From assembly GCA_017441065.1 (NCBI GenBank), contig JAFSAI010000010.1:5378-69377 (forward strand): a DNA stretch of 64,000 bases, read 5' to 3'. Below the pieces are notes generated by a model, which did not search any database, was not told where the DNA came from, and worked only from the letters and a program-made list of their open reading frames with translations. Positions 27,080 to 37,140 of this stretch are shown piece by piece. A program made the position numbers and the translations under genes. Source of the DNA: Bacilli bacterium. Its GTDB lineage: Bacteria > Bacillota_I > Bacilli_A > RF39 > UBA660. The stretch's first letter is position 1, and every line of letters begins with the position of its first letter.

Positions 27080-27821
27080 ATTAAAAATAAATAATTATAC
27101 TTATTTATTTTTTATTATTTGTGCTTTATGTGGTTATATAAAAAATATAACTATTATTTTTGCCATTTGTTTATTTCATGAGCTAGGCCATGTATTTTTT
27201 ATAAAATTATTTAAATATAAAGTAGTTAGTATTGAAATACTTCCTTTTGGAGGATTTACTACAATAGATAAAAAAATAAATACTAGTATTAATAAAGATA
27301 TTTTGATTGCTTTTGGTGGAATATTTTTTCAATTAATTTTATTAATACTAATGTATATTTTTAGAAATAGTTTTAATATTATTACTTATAACTTAATAAT
27401 TAATTATAGTTTAATACTTATTTTCTTTAATTTAATTCCCATAATACCTTTAGATGGTAATAATATAATCCATTTATTATTAGAAAAATTCTTTTCTTAT
27501 CATTTGTCATATTATTTAAATTTTTTTATTTCCATAATTAGTTTAATATTATTTTTTATAATAAATTATGTATATAATTTAGATAATTATTTTATTATAA
27601 GTTTTCTTATATATAAAGTTATAGTGTACTTTAAAAATTATAAATTTAATAGGAATAGATTTTTGTTAGAGAGATATTTATATGATTTTGATTATTATAA
27701 AATAGATAATAAAACAAAAAATATTAATGATTTAAAAAAGAACGTTTTGCATTATTTTAAAGAAGATAATAGATATATTAGAGAAAAAGAAAAGATAAGA
27801 AATAGTCTTTATAAGAGATAA
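27060..27821 (+). CDS. M50 site-2 metalloprotease (SpoIVFB-like)
   Basis: HELGH in a TM helix plus the NLIPIIPLDG motif. It has the position of spoIVFB, before rplU. Confidence 0.7.
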   Translation: MKNILNKLKINNYTYLFFIICALCGYIKNITIIFAICLFHELGHVFFIKLFKYKVVSIEILPFGGFTTIDKKINTSINKDILIAFGGIFFQLILLILMYIFRNSFNIITYNLIINYSLILIFFNLIPIIPLDGNNIIHLLLEKFFSYHLSYYLNFFISIISLILFFIINYVYNLDNYFIISFLIYKVIVYFKNYKFNRNRFLLERYLYDFDYYKIDNKTKNINDLKKNVLHYFKEDNRYIREKEKIRNSLYKR

Positions 27822-27904
27822 CATAAACTTTACATTAGTAATAGTATATTTCTTGTTAAAATCATAGTTATTTGGTATTATATTCAGACATTGAGGTGAT
27901 TACT

Positions 27905-28867
27905 ATGATTAGAGCTATAATATATGCTAAGAAAATAATTGAACGTCAAGTTAAGAAAAATGATTATGAAATGATTAGTGAAGATTTTTCTAAATATCAA
28001 AAAGGTTTTTATTGGACTAATGAAAATATTGATCATTGTTTAGGAATGGTTAATTTAAAAGAAAAAAATAATGCTTTAGCAGTAGCTTCTACTGGTGATC
28101 ATGCATTTAATTTGATTGCTAATGGAATTAATGATATAGATACTTTTGATATTAATAGATTAACTGAATTTTTAGTTTTAGGACTAAAAAGAGCAATGAT
28201 AGAAGTATATAATTATTATGAATTTTTAGCTATGCAAAATTTACTAGCAGATCCTGCAGTTTCTTTGGAACAACTTACAGATATAATTATGAGTTTAACA
28301 TATCATATGGATACAAAATATAGAATATTTTGGCGTGAAATTGCTGATTATAATTATAAAATTCAAAAGAAATATGGGACAAACTTAAATTTAATTCATA
28401 TGTTATATATTAATGTTTTTGCATTATCATGCCATTTAAATAATAATACATATTTATATGATGAATATTTTTATGAAGATTTTAGAAACAAATTAGGTAA
28501 AGCTAATATTACATTTAAAGGTGCTGATGCTCTTGATTTAGCCACATCTTTTAAAGGTAGAAAATATGATGTAATTATGCTTTCAAACATTTTAGATTAT
28601 GCTAATACTAGATGGGGAAATGGTTGGGGTATTAATGAACTAGAGGCATACATTAAATCATTAGAAGGTATTTCTAATGAAGATGCTGTATTATTTATAA
28701 AATATATTCTTTCATATATAAATAGTGGAGTAGTAAAGAAACATATTTTCCATGATTCATCAATTGTTTCTGATGAAATTACTGATAAAATTTATTCTGT
28801 ACCAAAACATTCTAGTTCTAGAGAAATTGATGGAATAATATTAAGACGAGTTAAAATTGACAAATAA
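27905..28867 (+). CDS. DUF3419/BtaA-like SAM-methyltransferase-fold protein, paralog 3
   Basis: STGDHAFNLIANGI..IDTFDIN..VIMLSNILDY. The RBS gaggtga precedes the ATG at 27905. Confidence 0.4.
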   Translation: MIRAIIYAKKIIERQVKKNDYEMISEDFSKYQKGFYWTNENIDHCLGMVNLKEKNNALAVASTGDHAFNLIANGINDIDTFDINRLTEFLVLGLKRAMIEVYNYYEFLAMQNLLADPAVSLEQLTDIIMSLTYHMDTKYRIFWREIADYNYKIQKKYGTNLNLIHMLYINVFALSCHLNNNTYLYDEYFYEDFRNKLGKANITFKGADALDLATSFKGRKYDVIMLSNILDYANTRWGNGWGINELEAYIKSLEGISNEDAVLFIKYILSYINSGVVKKHIFHDSSIVSDEITDKIYSVPKHSSSREIDGIILRRVKIDK

Positions 28868-28869
28868 CC

Positions 28870-28990
28870 ACTTTTTTGGTAAAATTAAATACGTTTAAGT
28901 CATTTCGCAAAAAACCGCACTGAAAAGGTTATAAGTTTTCAAAAAACACCTTAAGGGCGCGACTTGAAACAAAAATATATAAGGAGGTAT
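28870..28990 (+). promoter_or_regulatory. Possible L21 (rplU) leader RNA
   Basis: A roughly 120-nt untranslated segment with GC-richer stretches (aagggcgcgacttg) directly upstream of rplU. Firmicutes carry an L21 leader here. The structure was not verified. Confidence 0.3.
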
Positions 28991-28993
28991 GAA

Positions 28994-29293
28994 ATGAAAG
29001 CTATATTCGTAACAGGTGGGAAACAATATTATGTTTCTGAAGGTGATGTAATCTACGTTGAAAAATTAAATGCTGAAGCTGGTAAAACTGTTAAATTTGA
29101 TGAAGTTTTATTTGTTGATGGTGTTGCTGGAAATCCAGTTGTAGATGGTGCATCAGTTGAATGTAAAGTTGAAAAACACGGAAAAAATAAAAAAGTTGTT
29201 GTTTTCAAATACAGACCTAAAAAGAAATATCGTAAAAAACAAGGACATAGACAACCATATACTAAACTTGTTGTTACAAAAATTAGTAAATAA
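28994..29293 (+). CDS. rplU: 50S ribosomal protein L21
   Basis: [18 protein letters not shown].. and the RBS aaggagg. Confidence 0.95.
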   Translation: MKAIFVTGGKQYYVSEGDVIYVEKLNAEAGKTVKFDEVLFVDGVAGNPVVDGASVECKVEKHGKNKKVVVFKYRPKKKYRKKQGHRQPYTKLVVTKISK

Positions 29294-29295
29294 TT

Positions 29296-29589
29296 ATGAT
29301 TAAAGTAAATTATAATGATAAAATAATCAAAATTAGTGGTCATGCTGGTTTTGATGAATACGGAAAAGATATTGTATGTGCTAGTGTATCAAGTATTGTT
29401 TATACTACTATTAATGGAATATTAAATATTAATGAAGAAGCTATTAAGTTTAGTGATGGTAAAGAATTAATTATAGAAATAGTAAGTGCTGATTCAGTTA
29501 CTACTAAATTAATCAATAGTATGCTTGATTTATTAAAAGACTTAGAAAAACAATATCCTAAAAATATAAAAATTAGTAAAGGAGAATGA
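29296..29589 (+). CDS. prp: Ribosomal-processing cysteine protease Prp
   Basis: It lies between rplU and rpmA and has [14 protein letters not shown] motifs. Confidence 0.85.
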   Translation: MIKVNYNDKIIKISGHAGFDEYGKDIVCASVSSIVYTTINGILNINEEAIKFSDGKELIIEIVSADSVTTKLINSMLDLLKDLEKQYPKNIKISKGE

Positions 29590-29591
29590 AC

Positions 29592-29876
29592 ATGTTATTT
29601 ATAAGATTAAATATACAAAGATTTGCCCATGTTAAAGCTCAAGGTTCTACAAGAAACGGTCGTGACTCAAGAGGTCGTAGATTAGGTGCTAAATTATCTG
29701 ACGGACAAGTTTGTAGTGCTGGCGCAATTATCTATCGTCAAAGAGGAACAAAAATTTATCCAGGTACTAATGTTGGAATGGGAAAAGACCATACATTATT
29801 TAGTAAAATTGATGGCGTAGTTAAATACGAAAGATTAGGCAAAGATAAAAAGAAAGTAAGCGTTTACGAAGCATAG
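29592..29876 (+). CDS. rpmA: 50S ribosomal protein L27 with an N-terminal propeptide
   Basis: [11 protein letters not shown]|[15 protein letters not shown]. The Firmicutes-type extension is cleaved by Prp. Confidence 0.95.
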   Translation: MLFIRLNIQRFAHVKAQGSTRNGRDSRGRRLGAKLSDGQVCSAGAIIYRQRGTKIYPGTNVGMGKDHTLFSKIDGVVKYERLGKDKKKVSVYEA

Positions 29877-29900
29877 TAAATGCTTTTTTTATCAAAAATA

Positions 29901-29926
29901 AAACCACATAATTTTGTGGTTTTTTA
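29901..29926. terminator. Bidirectional terminator between rpmA and trmB
   Basis: The hairpin aaaccacataattttgtggtttt is flanked by A-runs and T-runs. Confidence 0.7.
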
Positions 29927-29931
29927 ATTTT

Positions 29932-30567
29932 TTATTTAAATGTTGCATCAACATAATATATTGGTCTTTTTTCTTTAAAATATTGTTTTTCAAAATCTGT
30001 CATTATATTTTCTATTTTATTTTCATCGTAATGTAGATTTAAACTAACTCTTTCAAATGAATACCAATATTGAGATAAACTTTCTAAAGAATAGGCAAAT
30101 AAACCTTTATTATCAGTTTTTAAAATAATATGTTTATTTTTCTTATATATCTTATCATATAGTTTTAAGTAGCTTTCATGAGTAAATCTTTTCTTTTCAT
30201 CTTGTTTTTTAGGCCAAGGTTCAGAGAATGTTAAATATATAGTATCAATTTCTTTTCCAAATATTTTATCAATTTCTCTTGCATCGCAATTAATTAATTT
30301 AATATTTTTTAAATTTAAACTTTGTAATTTTTCTACAGCTTGTACCATTTGAGAATCATATAATTCAATACCAATAAAATTAACATTTGGATATTGTTTT
30401 GCCATTTCAATTATAAAACTTCCTCGTCCCATTCCAAGTTCTAATTTAATAGGATTATTATTTCCAAAAACTTTACTCCAATTATTTTTGTTTTCATATG
30501 GATTATTAACTACATATTTACTGCCTTTAACTATTTTATCAGCATTTTTAATAACGTTATAACGCAT
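29932..30567 (-). CDS. trmB: tRNA (guanine46-N7)-methyltransferase
   Basis: LELGMGRGSFIIEMAKQYPNVNFIGIE and FSEPWPKK motifs. Confidence 0.9.
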   Translation of the reverse strand: MRYNVIKNADKIVKGSKYVVNNPYENKNNWSKVFGNNNPIKLELGMGRGSFIIEMAKQYPNVNFIGIELYDSQMVQAVEKLQSLNLKNIKLINCDAREIDKIFGKEIDTIYLTFSEPWPKKQDEKKRFTHESYLKLYDKIYKKNKHIILKTDNKGLFAYSLESLSQYWYSFERVSLNLHYDENKIENIMTDFEKQYFKEKRPIYYVDATFK

Positions 30568-30629
30568 ATTATCACTTCCTGCTCAATATTTTATCATGTT
30601 TAATATTAATAGTAAATTAGTTATTTATA

Positions 30630-30821
30630 TTAGATTTTCATAAATTTTACTAAATCTTTATCGCTAAATTCTAATACTAATAATATTTTTTTAATTGTTT
30701 CAAATTTAGCTACATTATATTTACCATTTTCAATTCTTTGCAAATTTCTCCAAGAAATATCACATTTTTCTGCTAACTCTTCTAGAGTATAGCCCTTCTT
30801 TATTCTATATTCCCTTATCAT
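30630..30821 (-). CDS. XRE-family HTH regulator, divergent from family member C
   Basis: 63 aa from the ATG at 30821 (RBS gggtga). MIREYRIKKGYTLEELAEKCDISWRNLQRIENGK. It is a paralog of 21272-21466. Confidence 0.75.
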   Translation of the reverse strand: MIREYRIKKGYTLEELAEKCDISWRNLQRIENGKYNVAKFETIKKILLVLEFSDKDLVKFMKI

Positions 30822-30866
30822 ACTTTCACCCTTCAGGTAAATTATTACATTCTCGAAGTTCTTGTT

Positions 30867-30886
30867 GTATGTCTTCTGTGACATAC
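30867..30886. promoter_or_regulatory. Inverted repeat GTATGTC-n6-GACATAC (candidate XRE operator)
   Basis: A perfect 7-bp inverted repeat in the XRE / member C intergenic region. It shares the ATGTC/GACAT core with the sites at 21487-21578. Confidence 0.35.
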
Positions 30887-30958
30887 ACAAAAATTGCTGC
30901 TTAGATATAATTTTATTGATGATAGGTTTCAAATAACGATTAAGAGAGGGTTAAGATT

Positions 30959-32863
30959 ATGATAAAAAAATATTCTAAAGTTTTAATTGTTTTACTTTTA
31001 TTAGTTGAATTTACATTTGTGTTTTTAAGTATTAAATCATTTAATAATAAAGATATAAAAGAAATCAAAGAAGAAAATAAAGTAAATAAAGAAATGTTTT
31101 CGATGTATGTAGAAAATAAAGATGGAGAATATGAGGAATATACAGATAGTGAGTACTATCCCATAGGATTAAAATACTACTTTAATGAAGAAAGAAGTAA
31201 TTGTACAGATAATAAAGGTAAAGTAATAAACGATGTAATATCATACAACAATAATAAGATAACAGTTAGTAGTAATAAAACATTATTCTGTTATTTGTAC
31301 TTTGACTTAGATAAAATACCTCCCCAAACATTTACCTTCTACTTAGGAGGAAATACTAATCCAGAATATATAACTAGTACAAGTACAACAGCATATCTAT
31401 CATGGACAGATAATGATATAGAAAGTTATTGTATAAATACTGAAAATAATTCAAGTACATGTAATTGGGTAAATACAAGTGGAAATACAATAACCCCAAG
31501 TTATACAATAAGTACACAAGGAAGTAATACAAGATATGCATTCATAAGAGATGCAGCAGAAAATATATCACCAGTAGTAAGTGACAGTGTATTCTTAGAT
31601 AGTGTAGCACCAGTAATAACAAGCGCAAGTGATAGTGGAGCAGGAACAGCAAATGTAACCGTTACAGAAACAGGAAGTGGAGTAACATATGTATGTGTAA
31701 ATCAAAGTAGTACATCTACAACAGGATGTACATGGGATGAAGTAAGTGGAACAACATTTACAAGTACAACAGCGGTAACAGCAACAGGTAGTTATTATAT
31801 CCATGTTAAAGATAAAGCAGGAAACATAGGGCATAAAACAAGTGCGATAAGTATTGCTAAACCAGTTTGGAATTTATATACATTATGTTCAAAATATAGC
31901 AACATAGATTTATGTGAACAAAATGAAAATTTGGAAGATGTTGATGGAATATGGAATAGTACATTAGAAGATGATGGTTACCGATATGTAGGAACAAATC
32001 CAAATAACTATGTATGTTTTGGAACAACAAATAAATCAACATGTACAGGGAATACAGACTTGTATATGTATAGAATAATAGGAATATTTGAAGATAGTTC
32101 AGGCAACCAACACTTGAAACTAATAAAAAAAGAAGCATTAAACACTAAATATAAGATGCATAGTACGTATAGCGTAGACATAGATTGGGATGAAATGCAA
32201 TTGTATAAAGAAATAAATGGCAGTTATTTTCTAACAAACACAACATATAGTTATATGCAAAATAGTGCTTGGTTAGAAAAAATCAGTAATTGGGATTGGA
32301 CTGCGGCTAATTCAGGATATTATCCTAATCATGGTTCTAATTATTATTACATGACTCCACAAGCTGTATACATACACGAACTAAATCGAAGCACAAAAAC
32401 AAATCAAAAATGTTACAATAATTATAGTTCCAACGGTTTTACAACAGCAGATTGTAGTGTAGGAGAATGGAAAGAAGTAACAACAAAAATAGGATTAATG
32501 TATGTAAGTGATTATATGTTATCTTTAGGGGCAAGTTTTTTAGATTTATGGTGTGGAAATTATAATTTAGGAGCGGCGTCACTAAATACTGAAGCTGTTT
32601 CAAATGTGTTAAAAACAGGTTGGCTGAATTTGAAAAATAGCGATTCTTCTCCTCCTAATCCAGGAGAATGGACAATGACAATTGCTGGAGCCACTTCCAA
32701 TCCTATTGAATATGCCTATATTATAAATACTAATGGTACAATAGTAGTAACTGGAATTGCAGGAACTAATAATTGGTCAGTTCGCCCAGTCTTCTATCTG
32801 ACATCTGATATAAAAATTACTGGAGGAACAGGCTCATCAACCGATCCATTCCTAATAAATTAA
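30959..32863 (+). CDS. Mosaic surface-protein family member C (signal anchor, head, two Ig-like modules, C-module type II)
   Basis: 634 aa. The N-terminal roughly 300 aa are near-identical to member A. The C-terminal half resembles member D and ends SVRPVFYLTSDIKITGGTGSSTDPFLIN. Confidence 0.8.
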   Translation: MIKKYSKVLIVLLLLVEFTFVFLSIKSFNNKDIKEIKEENKVNKEMFSMYVENKDGEYEEYTDSEYYPIGLKYYFNEERSNCTDNKGKVINDVISYNNNKITVSSNKTLFCYLYFDLDKIPPQTFTFYLGGNTNPEYITSTSTTAYLSWTDNDIESYCINTENNSSTCNWVNTSGNTITPSYTISTQGSNTRYAFIRDAAENISPVVSDSVFLDSVAPVITSASDSGAGTANVTVTETGSGVTYVCVNQSSTSTTGCTWDEVSGTTFTSTTAVTATGSYYIHVKDKAGNIGHKTSAISIAKPVWNLYTLCSKYSNIDLCEQNENLEDVDGIWNSTLEDDGYRYVGTNPNNYVCFGTTNKSTCTGNTDLYMYRIIGIFEDSSGNQHLKLIKKEALNTKYKMHSTYSVDIDWDEMQLYKEINGSYFLTNTTYSYMQNSAWLEKISNWDWTAANSGYYPNHGSNYYYMTPQAVYIHELNRSTKTNQKCYNNYSSNGFTTADCSVGEWKEVTTKIGLMYVSDYMLSLGASFLDLWCGNYNLGAASLNTEAVSNVLKTGWLNLKNSDSSPPNPGEWTMTIAGATSNPIEYAYIINTNGTIVVTGIAGTNNWSVRPVFYLTSDIKITGGTGSSTDPFLIN

Positions 32864-32930
32864 CAATCGTCAACGAAGACGTTAAAATAGAAAACTTAAC
32901 CCTTGAGAGTACGAAAGTACTCTCGTTTTT
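32864..32930 (+). terminator. Conserved post-stop element plus terminator (member C)
   Basis: caatcgtcaacgaagacgttaaaatag (32864-32890), then the hairpin gagagtacgaaagtactctc (32905-32924) and a T-run. Confidence 0.6.
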
Positions 32931-32967
32931 TATTATATAAATATCTGTAAATAAAAAAGACAATGTG

Positions 32968-33849
32968 TTATTGTCTTCGAGTATTTTTACCATTTTTAAA
33001 TAAATCTTTTGCTAAAGTTCTAATTGGCATATCTTTGTTTTGTTCATAATATTCCGGATCAAATAAAGCATCACCTAGTATTTTGGCTTTTTCAAGAAGT
33101 GTTTTTTCATCTTCTAATTGTTGTCTTTCTATAGCAATATTTTGTAATGCAATATTCGGATCTTCATCATCTATACCGGCACATATTTCTTCTTCAATAG
33201 TATTATCTAATATTTCAGGTTTAATTTCTTCAGTTTTTTCTTCCTTTTCTGCCTCTTTATTATAGCTTCTTAAAGTAAGTATTTGTGCTACTGTGGTAGG
33301 TAATTGTATTCCAAGAAGTACTAAAAAATCTCTTATACAAGCAACTTTATCTAATGATGCATATTTTAAGTATTCGATAAATTCTGGCATATTAAGTAAA
33401 TCTACTGCCACAAATGAACCAACAATTGACATACTTAGAAACCAAGTTTTTATTTTACCAATCATATTAGATTGAACATTTTTATCATTATTTAATTTTT
33501 TCTTTTGAGCAAGTACTATAGCTAATTCCATAATAAGTGGAATAGAGAATACTACTGGATTAATTGTCGTAAGTAGTAAACAAGCCATTATTCCATAAGC
33601 TTTATCAGTTGTTCCATCAAATAAGGCTCCAAAGAAAGTAGATGAATTCCATTTTCTAGCTAAGTGTCCATCAATAAAATCTGTTAATAAAAATATTGCA
33701 GAGAATACTGATGCACTTATACCTCCAAGTACTTTAAAAGTAGGAATTACTAAAAATGATCCTAAGAATCTTGATGCTGTTATTGCATTAACGATAGCAA
33801 TTTGTTTTTTACTTCCAAATTTCTTTTTTGTTTCTTCCATTAATATCAC
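32968..33849 (-). CDS. CDP-alcohol phosphatidyltransferase with an acidic C-terminal extension
   Basis: DFIDGHLARKWNSSTFFGALFDGTTDK motif (D-x2-DG-x2-AR..G-x3-D-x3-D). The extra C-terminal region of roughly 100 aa is acidic. Confidence 0.75.
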   Translation of the reverse strand: MILMEETKKKFGSKKQIAIVNAITASRFLGSFLVIPTFKVLGGISASVFSAIFLLTDFIDGHLARKWNSSTFFGALFDGTTDKAYGIMACLLLTTINPVVFSIPLIMELAIVLAQKKKLNNDKNVQSNMIGKIKTWFLSMSIVGSFVAVDLLNMPEFIEYLKYASLDKVACIRDFLVLLGIQLPTTVAQILTLRSYNKEAEKEEKTEEIKPEILDNTIEEEICAGIDDEDPNIALQNIAIERQQLEDEKTLLEKAKILGDALFDPEYYEQNKDMPIRTLAKDLFKNGKNTRRQ

Positions 33850-33967
33850 ACCCTGCGAACAAATATCTTACCATAAATTCTTAAAAAGATAAACAAAAAT
33901 ATAAAAAGTTATATTTATTAATTTAATTGAGTATGATATAATGAATTAGATAATAGGAGTTAGTGTG

Positions 33968-35281
33968 ATGAAAAAATATATATTAGCATTTTTTTGTAGT
34001 GTTTTATTAATTTTTCCGTGTGTATGTTTTGCAAAAAAAGTAACATGTAGTAATGGAGAATATAAAGCAACGATTGAAATAGATAAAGATAAATTTGGTT
34101 TAACTGAAGTTGCTCTTATAAAAGTAACTAGTGATACTGCATATGAAATTGAATATAAAATAAATGAAAAAGACTTCTTAAATATAGATAAAACGGGTAT
34201 TGTAAAGCCTTTAAAAGAAGGAAAGGTTACAATAAATGCTGAAATAGAATTTTTAGTTGATGAGGAAGCAGTTGGCAATTGTACTGCACCAATACCAATT
34301 GAAATCGTATCTAATGATTCTTCGCTTAAATTACTTACATTAGAAGAATTTGATATAACACCACTTTTTAAAAGTGATAAATATGAATATGAAATAAAAT
34401 TACCTTATAAATTTGAAAAAATAAATATTGTAGCTGAAGCCAATAATAAAAGTGCTAAAATTACAGGTGATGGTAGAAGATATTTAAATGAGGGAACTAA
34501 TGAGTATGAAGTAGTAGTAACTGCTACTGATGGTAGTACTTCAACTTATAAAATAGTAATAATAAGAGAAGATGCTAATGATGATGTAACCTTAGAAAGT
34601 TTAAATGTTGAAGGTTATGTATTAACTCCTAAATTTGATAAAGAAACTTATAAATATTCCTTAAACGTAGATAAAGATATTGAAGAGATTACAATAAATG
34701 CTACACCAACATATGAATTTGCTAAAATAAGAGGAACTGGTAAATTTATATTAGCTACTGGTTCTAACATATGTAAAGTTACAGTAACTGCTGAAAATGG
34801 CAATGAAGCAGTTTATGAAATAGAAATTGTGAGAAATAACGGAAATAGTTCATTAAAGAATTTAGAAATCACTGGTATAGAATTAGATAGCAAATTTAGT
34901 GGTGATAAATATACTTATTATGCAACAGTAAAAAGCGATGTAAAAACTGTAGATATTAAAGCAGAAGCAAATGATAATGATCAAATAGAAATAATTGGTA
35001 ATGAAGAATTAGAATATGGCGAAAACGAAATAATAATTCGAGTTACTGGAGAAGATAAAAGTACAACAACATATAAGATTATAATTAATAAATTAAGTTT
35101 AGAAGAAGAACAAGAAATAGAAAAGAATGATTTATTATTAAAGATATTATTTATAATGTTTATTATAGCAATAATATTTATGGTAATATCAATAACAATT
35201 TTTATTAAAAGAAATTATAAGAGAAATAATAAAGTAAAAAATTTAAAAAATAAAAGTAAATCAAAGAATAAAAAGAAATAA
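33968..35281 (+). CDS. Secreted, C-terminally anchored protein with one Big2-like and four cadherin-like beta-sandwich repeats
   Basis: Signal peptide, a Big2-like segment (GIVKPLKEGKVTINA), and four repeats of roughly 85 aa (L..L.V.G..L.P.F....Y.Y...V......I.A......A.I.G). It ends in a TM segment and a basic tail. Confidence 0.6.
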   Translation: MKKYILAFFCSVLLIFPCVCFAKKVTCSNGEYKATIEIDKDKFGLTEVALIKVTSDTAYEIEYKINEKDFLNIDKTGIVKPLKEGKVTINAEIEFLVDEEAVGNCTAPIPIEIVSNDSSLKLLTLEEFDITPLFKSDKYEYEIKLPYKFEKINIVAEANNKSAKITGDGRRYLNEGTNEYEVVVTATDGSTSTYKIVIIREDANDDVTLESLNVEGYVLTPKFDKETYKYSLNVDKDIEEITINATPTYEFAKIRGTGKFILATGSNICKVTVTAENGNEAVYEIEIVRNNGNSSLKNLEITGIELDSKFSGDKYTYYATVKSDVKTVDIKAEANDNDQIEIIGNEELEYGENEIIIRVTGEDKSTTTYKIIINKLSLEEEQEIEKNDLLLKILFIMFIIAIIFMVISITIFIKRNYKRNNKVKNLKNKSKSKNKKK

Positions 35282-35293
35282 TAGGTGATAGTA

Positions 35294-37042
35294 ATGTTTG
35301 GGAAAATACTTTATATTAGCGATAATATCGCACATGTAGAAAATAAAATGAATAGAGATGTAGCAGCAGATTTAATGAATATTCATGTTATATTTGAAGC
35401 TAAGGATCAAAGAATACTAGGCGAAATAGTTGAATTAAATGACGAAATAATAAAGATTAAATTCCTAGGAGAATACTTAGGAAAGAAGTATTTAAATGGT
35501 GTACTTAGAAAACCTTTGCTTAATTCAAATATCAGAATTATTAATGGGGAAGAATTAATGGAATTGGTTGGTACTTATACAGATAAATCATTTGTATTAG
35601 GAGATTCTGCTATATATAAGAACTTTAAAGTGTGTCCAAGTATAAATGATTTATTTTCTAACCATTTAGCAATCTTTGGTAATAGTGGTTCCGGTAAATC
35701 TTGTGGAGTAGCTAGAATAGTACAAAATATATTTAGTAATAATGCACTTAATCCAGTAAATTCTAATTTATTTATATTTGATGCTTATGGAGAATATAAA
35801 AATGCATTTAGAACATTAAATGAAAAGAACGCATCTTACCAATATAAATTTATTACAACTAATCCAGTAGATGAAGATGATTATACTTTAGATATTCCTA
35901 TCCATTTACTTAATTTAGATGACTGGGCATTATTACTACAAGCAAGTGCTCATTCACAACTTCCTATAATAGAAACAACAATAAAGTATGCAAGAATATT
36001 TTCTCAAGAAAATGAGGAATCTAGAAGATTAAAGAATCATTTAATAGCAAAAGCATTACTTGCAATATTATTTAGTAATGAAACTACTGCTAATAAAAAG
36101 AATGAAATATTTACTGTTATTGAAGTATGTAATACACCAGAATTTAACTTTAACTCAGTTATTCCGGGTGTAGGATATCAAAGAATATTTAGTGAATGTT
36201 TTGAAATAGATTCTCATGGTAATTTTGGTGAAAGTGTTTTAATCACTGATTATATTTTAAAACATATATTAGATGATAATAAGACATTTGAAGAGCCTGA
36301 AGGTGCTTATTATACTTTACAAGACTTCTCAAAAGCTTTAGAGTTTACTTTAATTAGTGAAGGATTCCAACATAATGAAAACTTATATAGTGATTCAATA
36401 ATATTAAAAGTTAGATTAAATACTATTATAAATAGTAAAGTTGGTAAATATTTTACTGGTAATGGTTATATTTCATTACATGACTATATAACTAGTTTGG
36501 TAATGAAGAATGATAATAAAGCTCAAATAATAAATATTAATTTAGAAGATATTGATGATGTTTATGCTAAAGTAATAGTTAAAATATTTTCTAGACTTAT
36601 GTTTGAATATTCTAAAGGATTAGAGCGTCGTGCTAGTGTTCCATTCCATTTATTCTTAGAAGAAGCGCATAGATATATTCAAAAAGATAATGATACATTC
36701 TTAATTGGTTATAATATATTTGATCGTATTGCTAAAGAAGGTCGTAAATATGGTGTAATACTTGATATTATTAGTCAAAGACCTGTAGAAATATCTGATA
36801 CAGTTATCGCTCAATGTTCTAACTTCTTAATATTTAAAATGACTCACCCATTAGATATCAAATATATTGAAGAAATGCTTCCAAATATATCTAGTGATAT
36901 AGTAGAAAAACAAAAAGTATTACAACCAGGTACTTGTGTAGGATTTGGTGGTGCTTTCAAAATACCTATGATAGTAAAACTTGAAATGCCAAATCCAATG
37001 CCATATTCATCTAACTGTGATGTATCTAGTTGTTGGAAATAA
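35294..37042 (+). CDS. HerA/FtsK-superfamily ATPase (DUF87-like)
   Basis: Walker A FGNSGSGKS, Walker B-like HLFLEEAHRY and an N-terminal barrel-like region. It starts about 10 nt after the preceding gene. Confidence 0.6.
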   Translation: MFGKILYISDNIAHVENKMNRDVAADLMNIHVIFEAKDQRILGEIVELNDEIIKIKFLGEYLGKKYLNGVLRKPLLNSNIRIINGEELMELVGTYTDKSFVLGDSAIYKNFKVCPSINDLFSNHLAIFGNSGSGKSCGVARIVQNIFSNNALNPVNSNLFIFDAYGEYKNAFRTLNEKNASYQYKFITTNPVDEDDYTLDIPIHLLNLDDWALLLQASAHSQLPIIETTIKYARIFSQENEESRRLKNHLIAKALLAILFSNETTANKKNEIFTVIEVCNTPEFNFNSVIPGVGYQRIFSECFEIDSHGNFGESVLITDYILKHILDDNKTFEEPEGAYYTLQDFSKALEFTLISEGFQHNENLYSDSIILKVRLNTIINSKVGKYFTGNGYISLHDYITSLVMKNDNKAQIININLEDIDDVYAKVIVKIFSRLMFEYSKGLERRASVPFHLFLEEAHRYIQKDNDTFLIGYNIFDRIAKEGRKYGVILDIISQRPVEISDTVIAQCSNFLIFKMTHPLDIKYIEEMLPNISSDIVEKQKVLQPGTCVGFGGAFKIPMIVKLEMPNPMPYSSNCDVSSCWK

Positions 37043-37140
37043 TATTAGACACTATCCCATATGGATGGTGTTTTTAAATATAATGTAAAGTAAGTACAAA
37101 ATAGTAGTATAAATAATATTTAATGTGGTATAATAAAATT

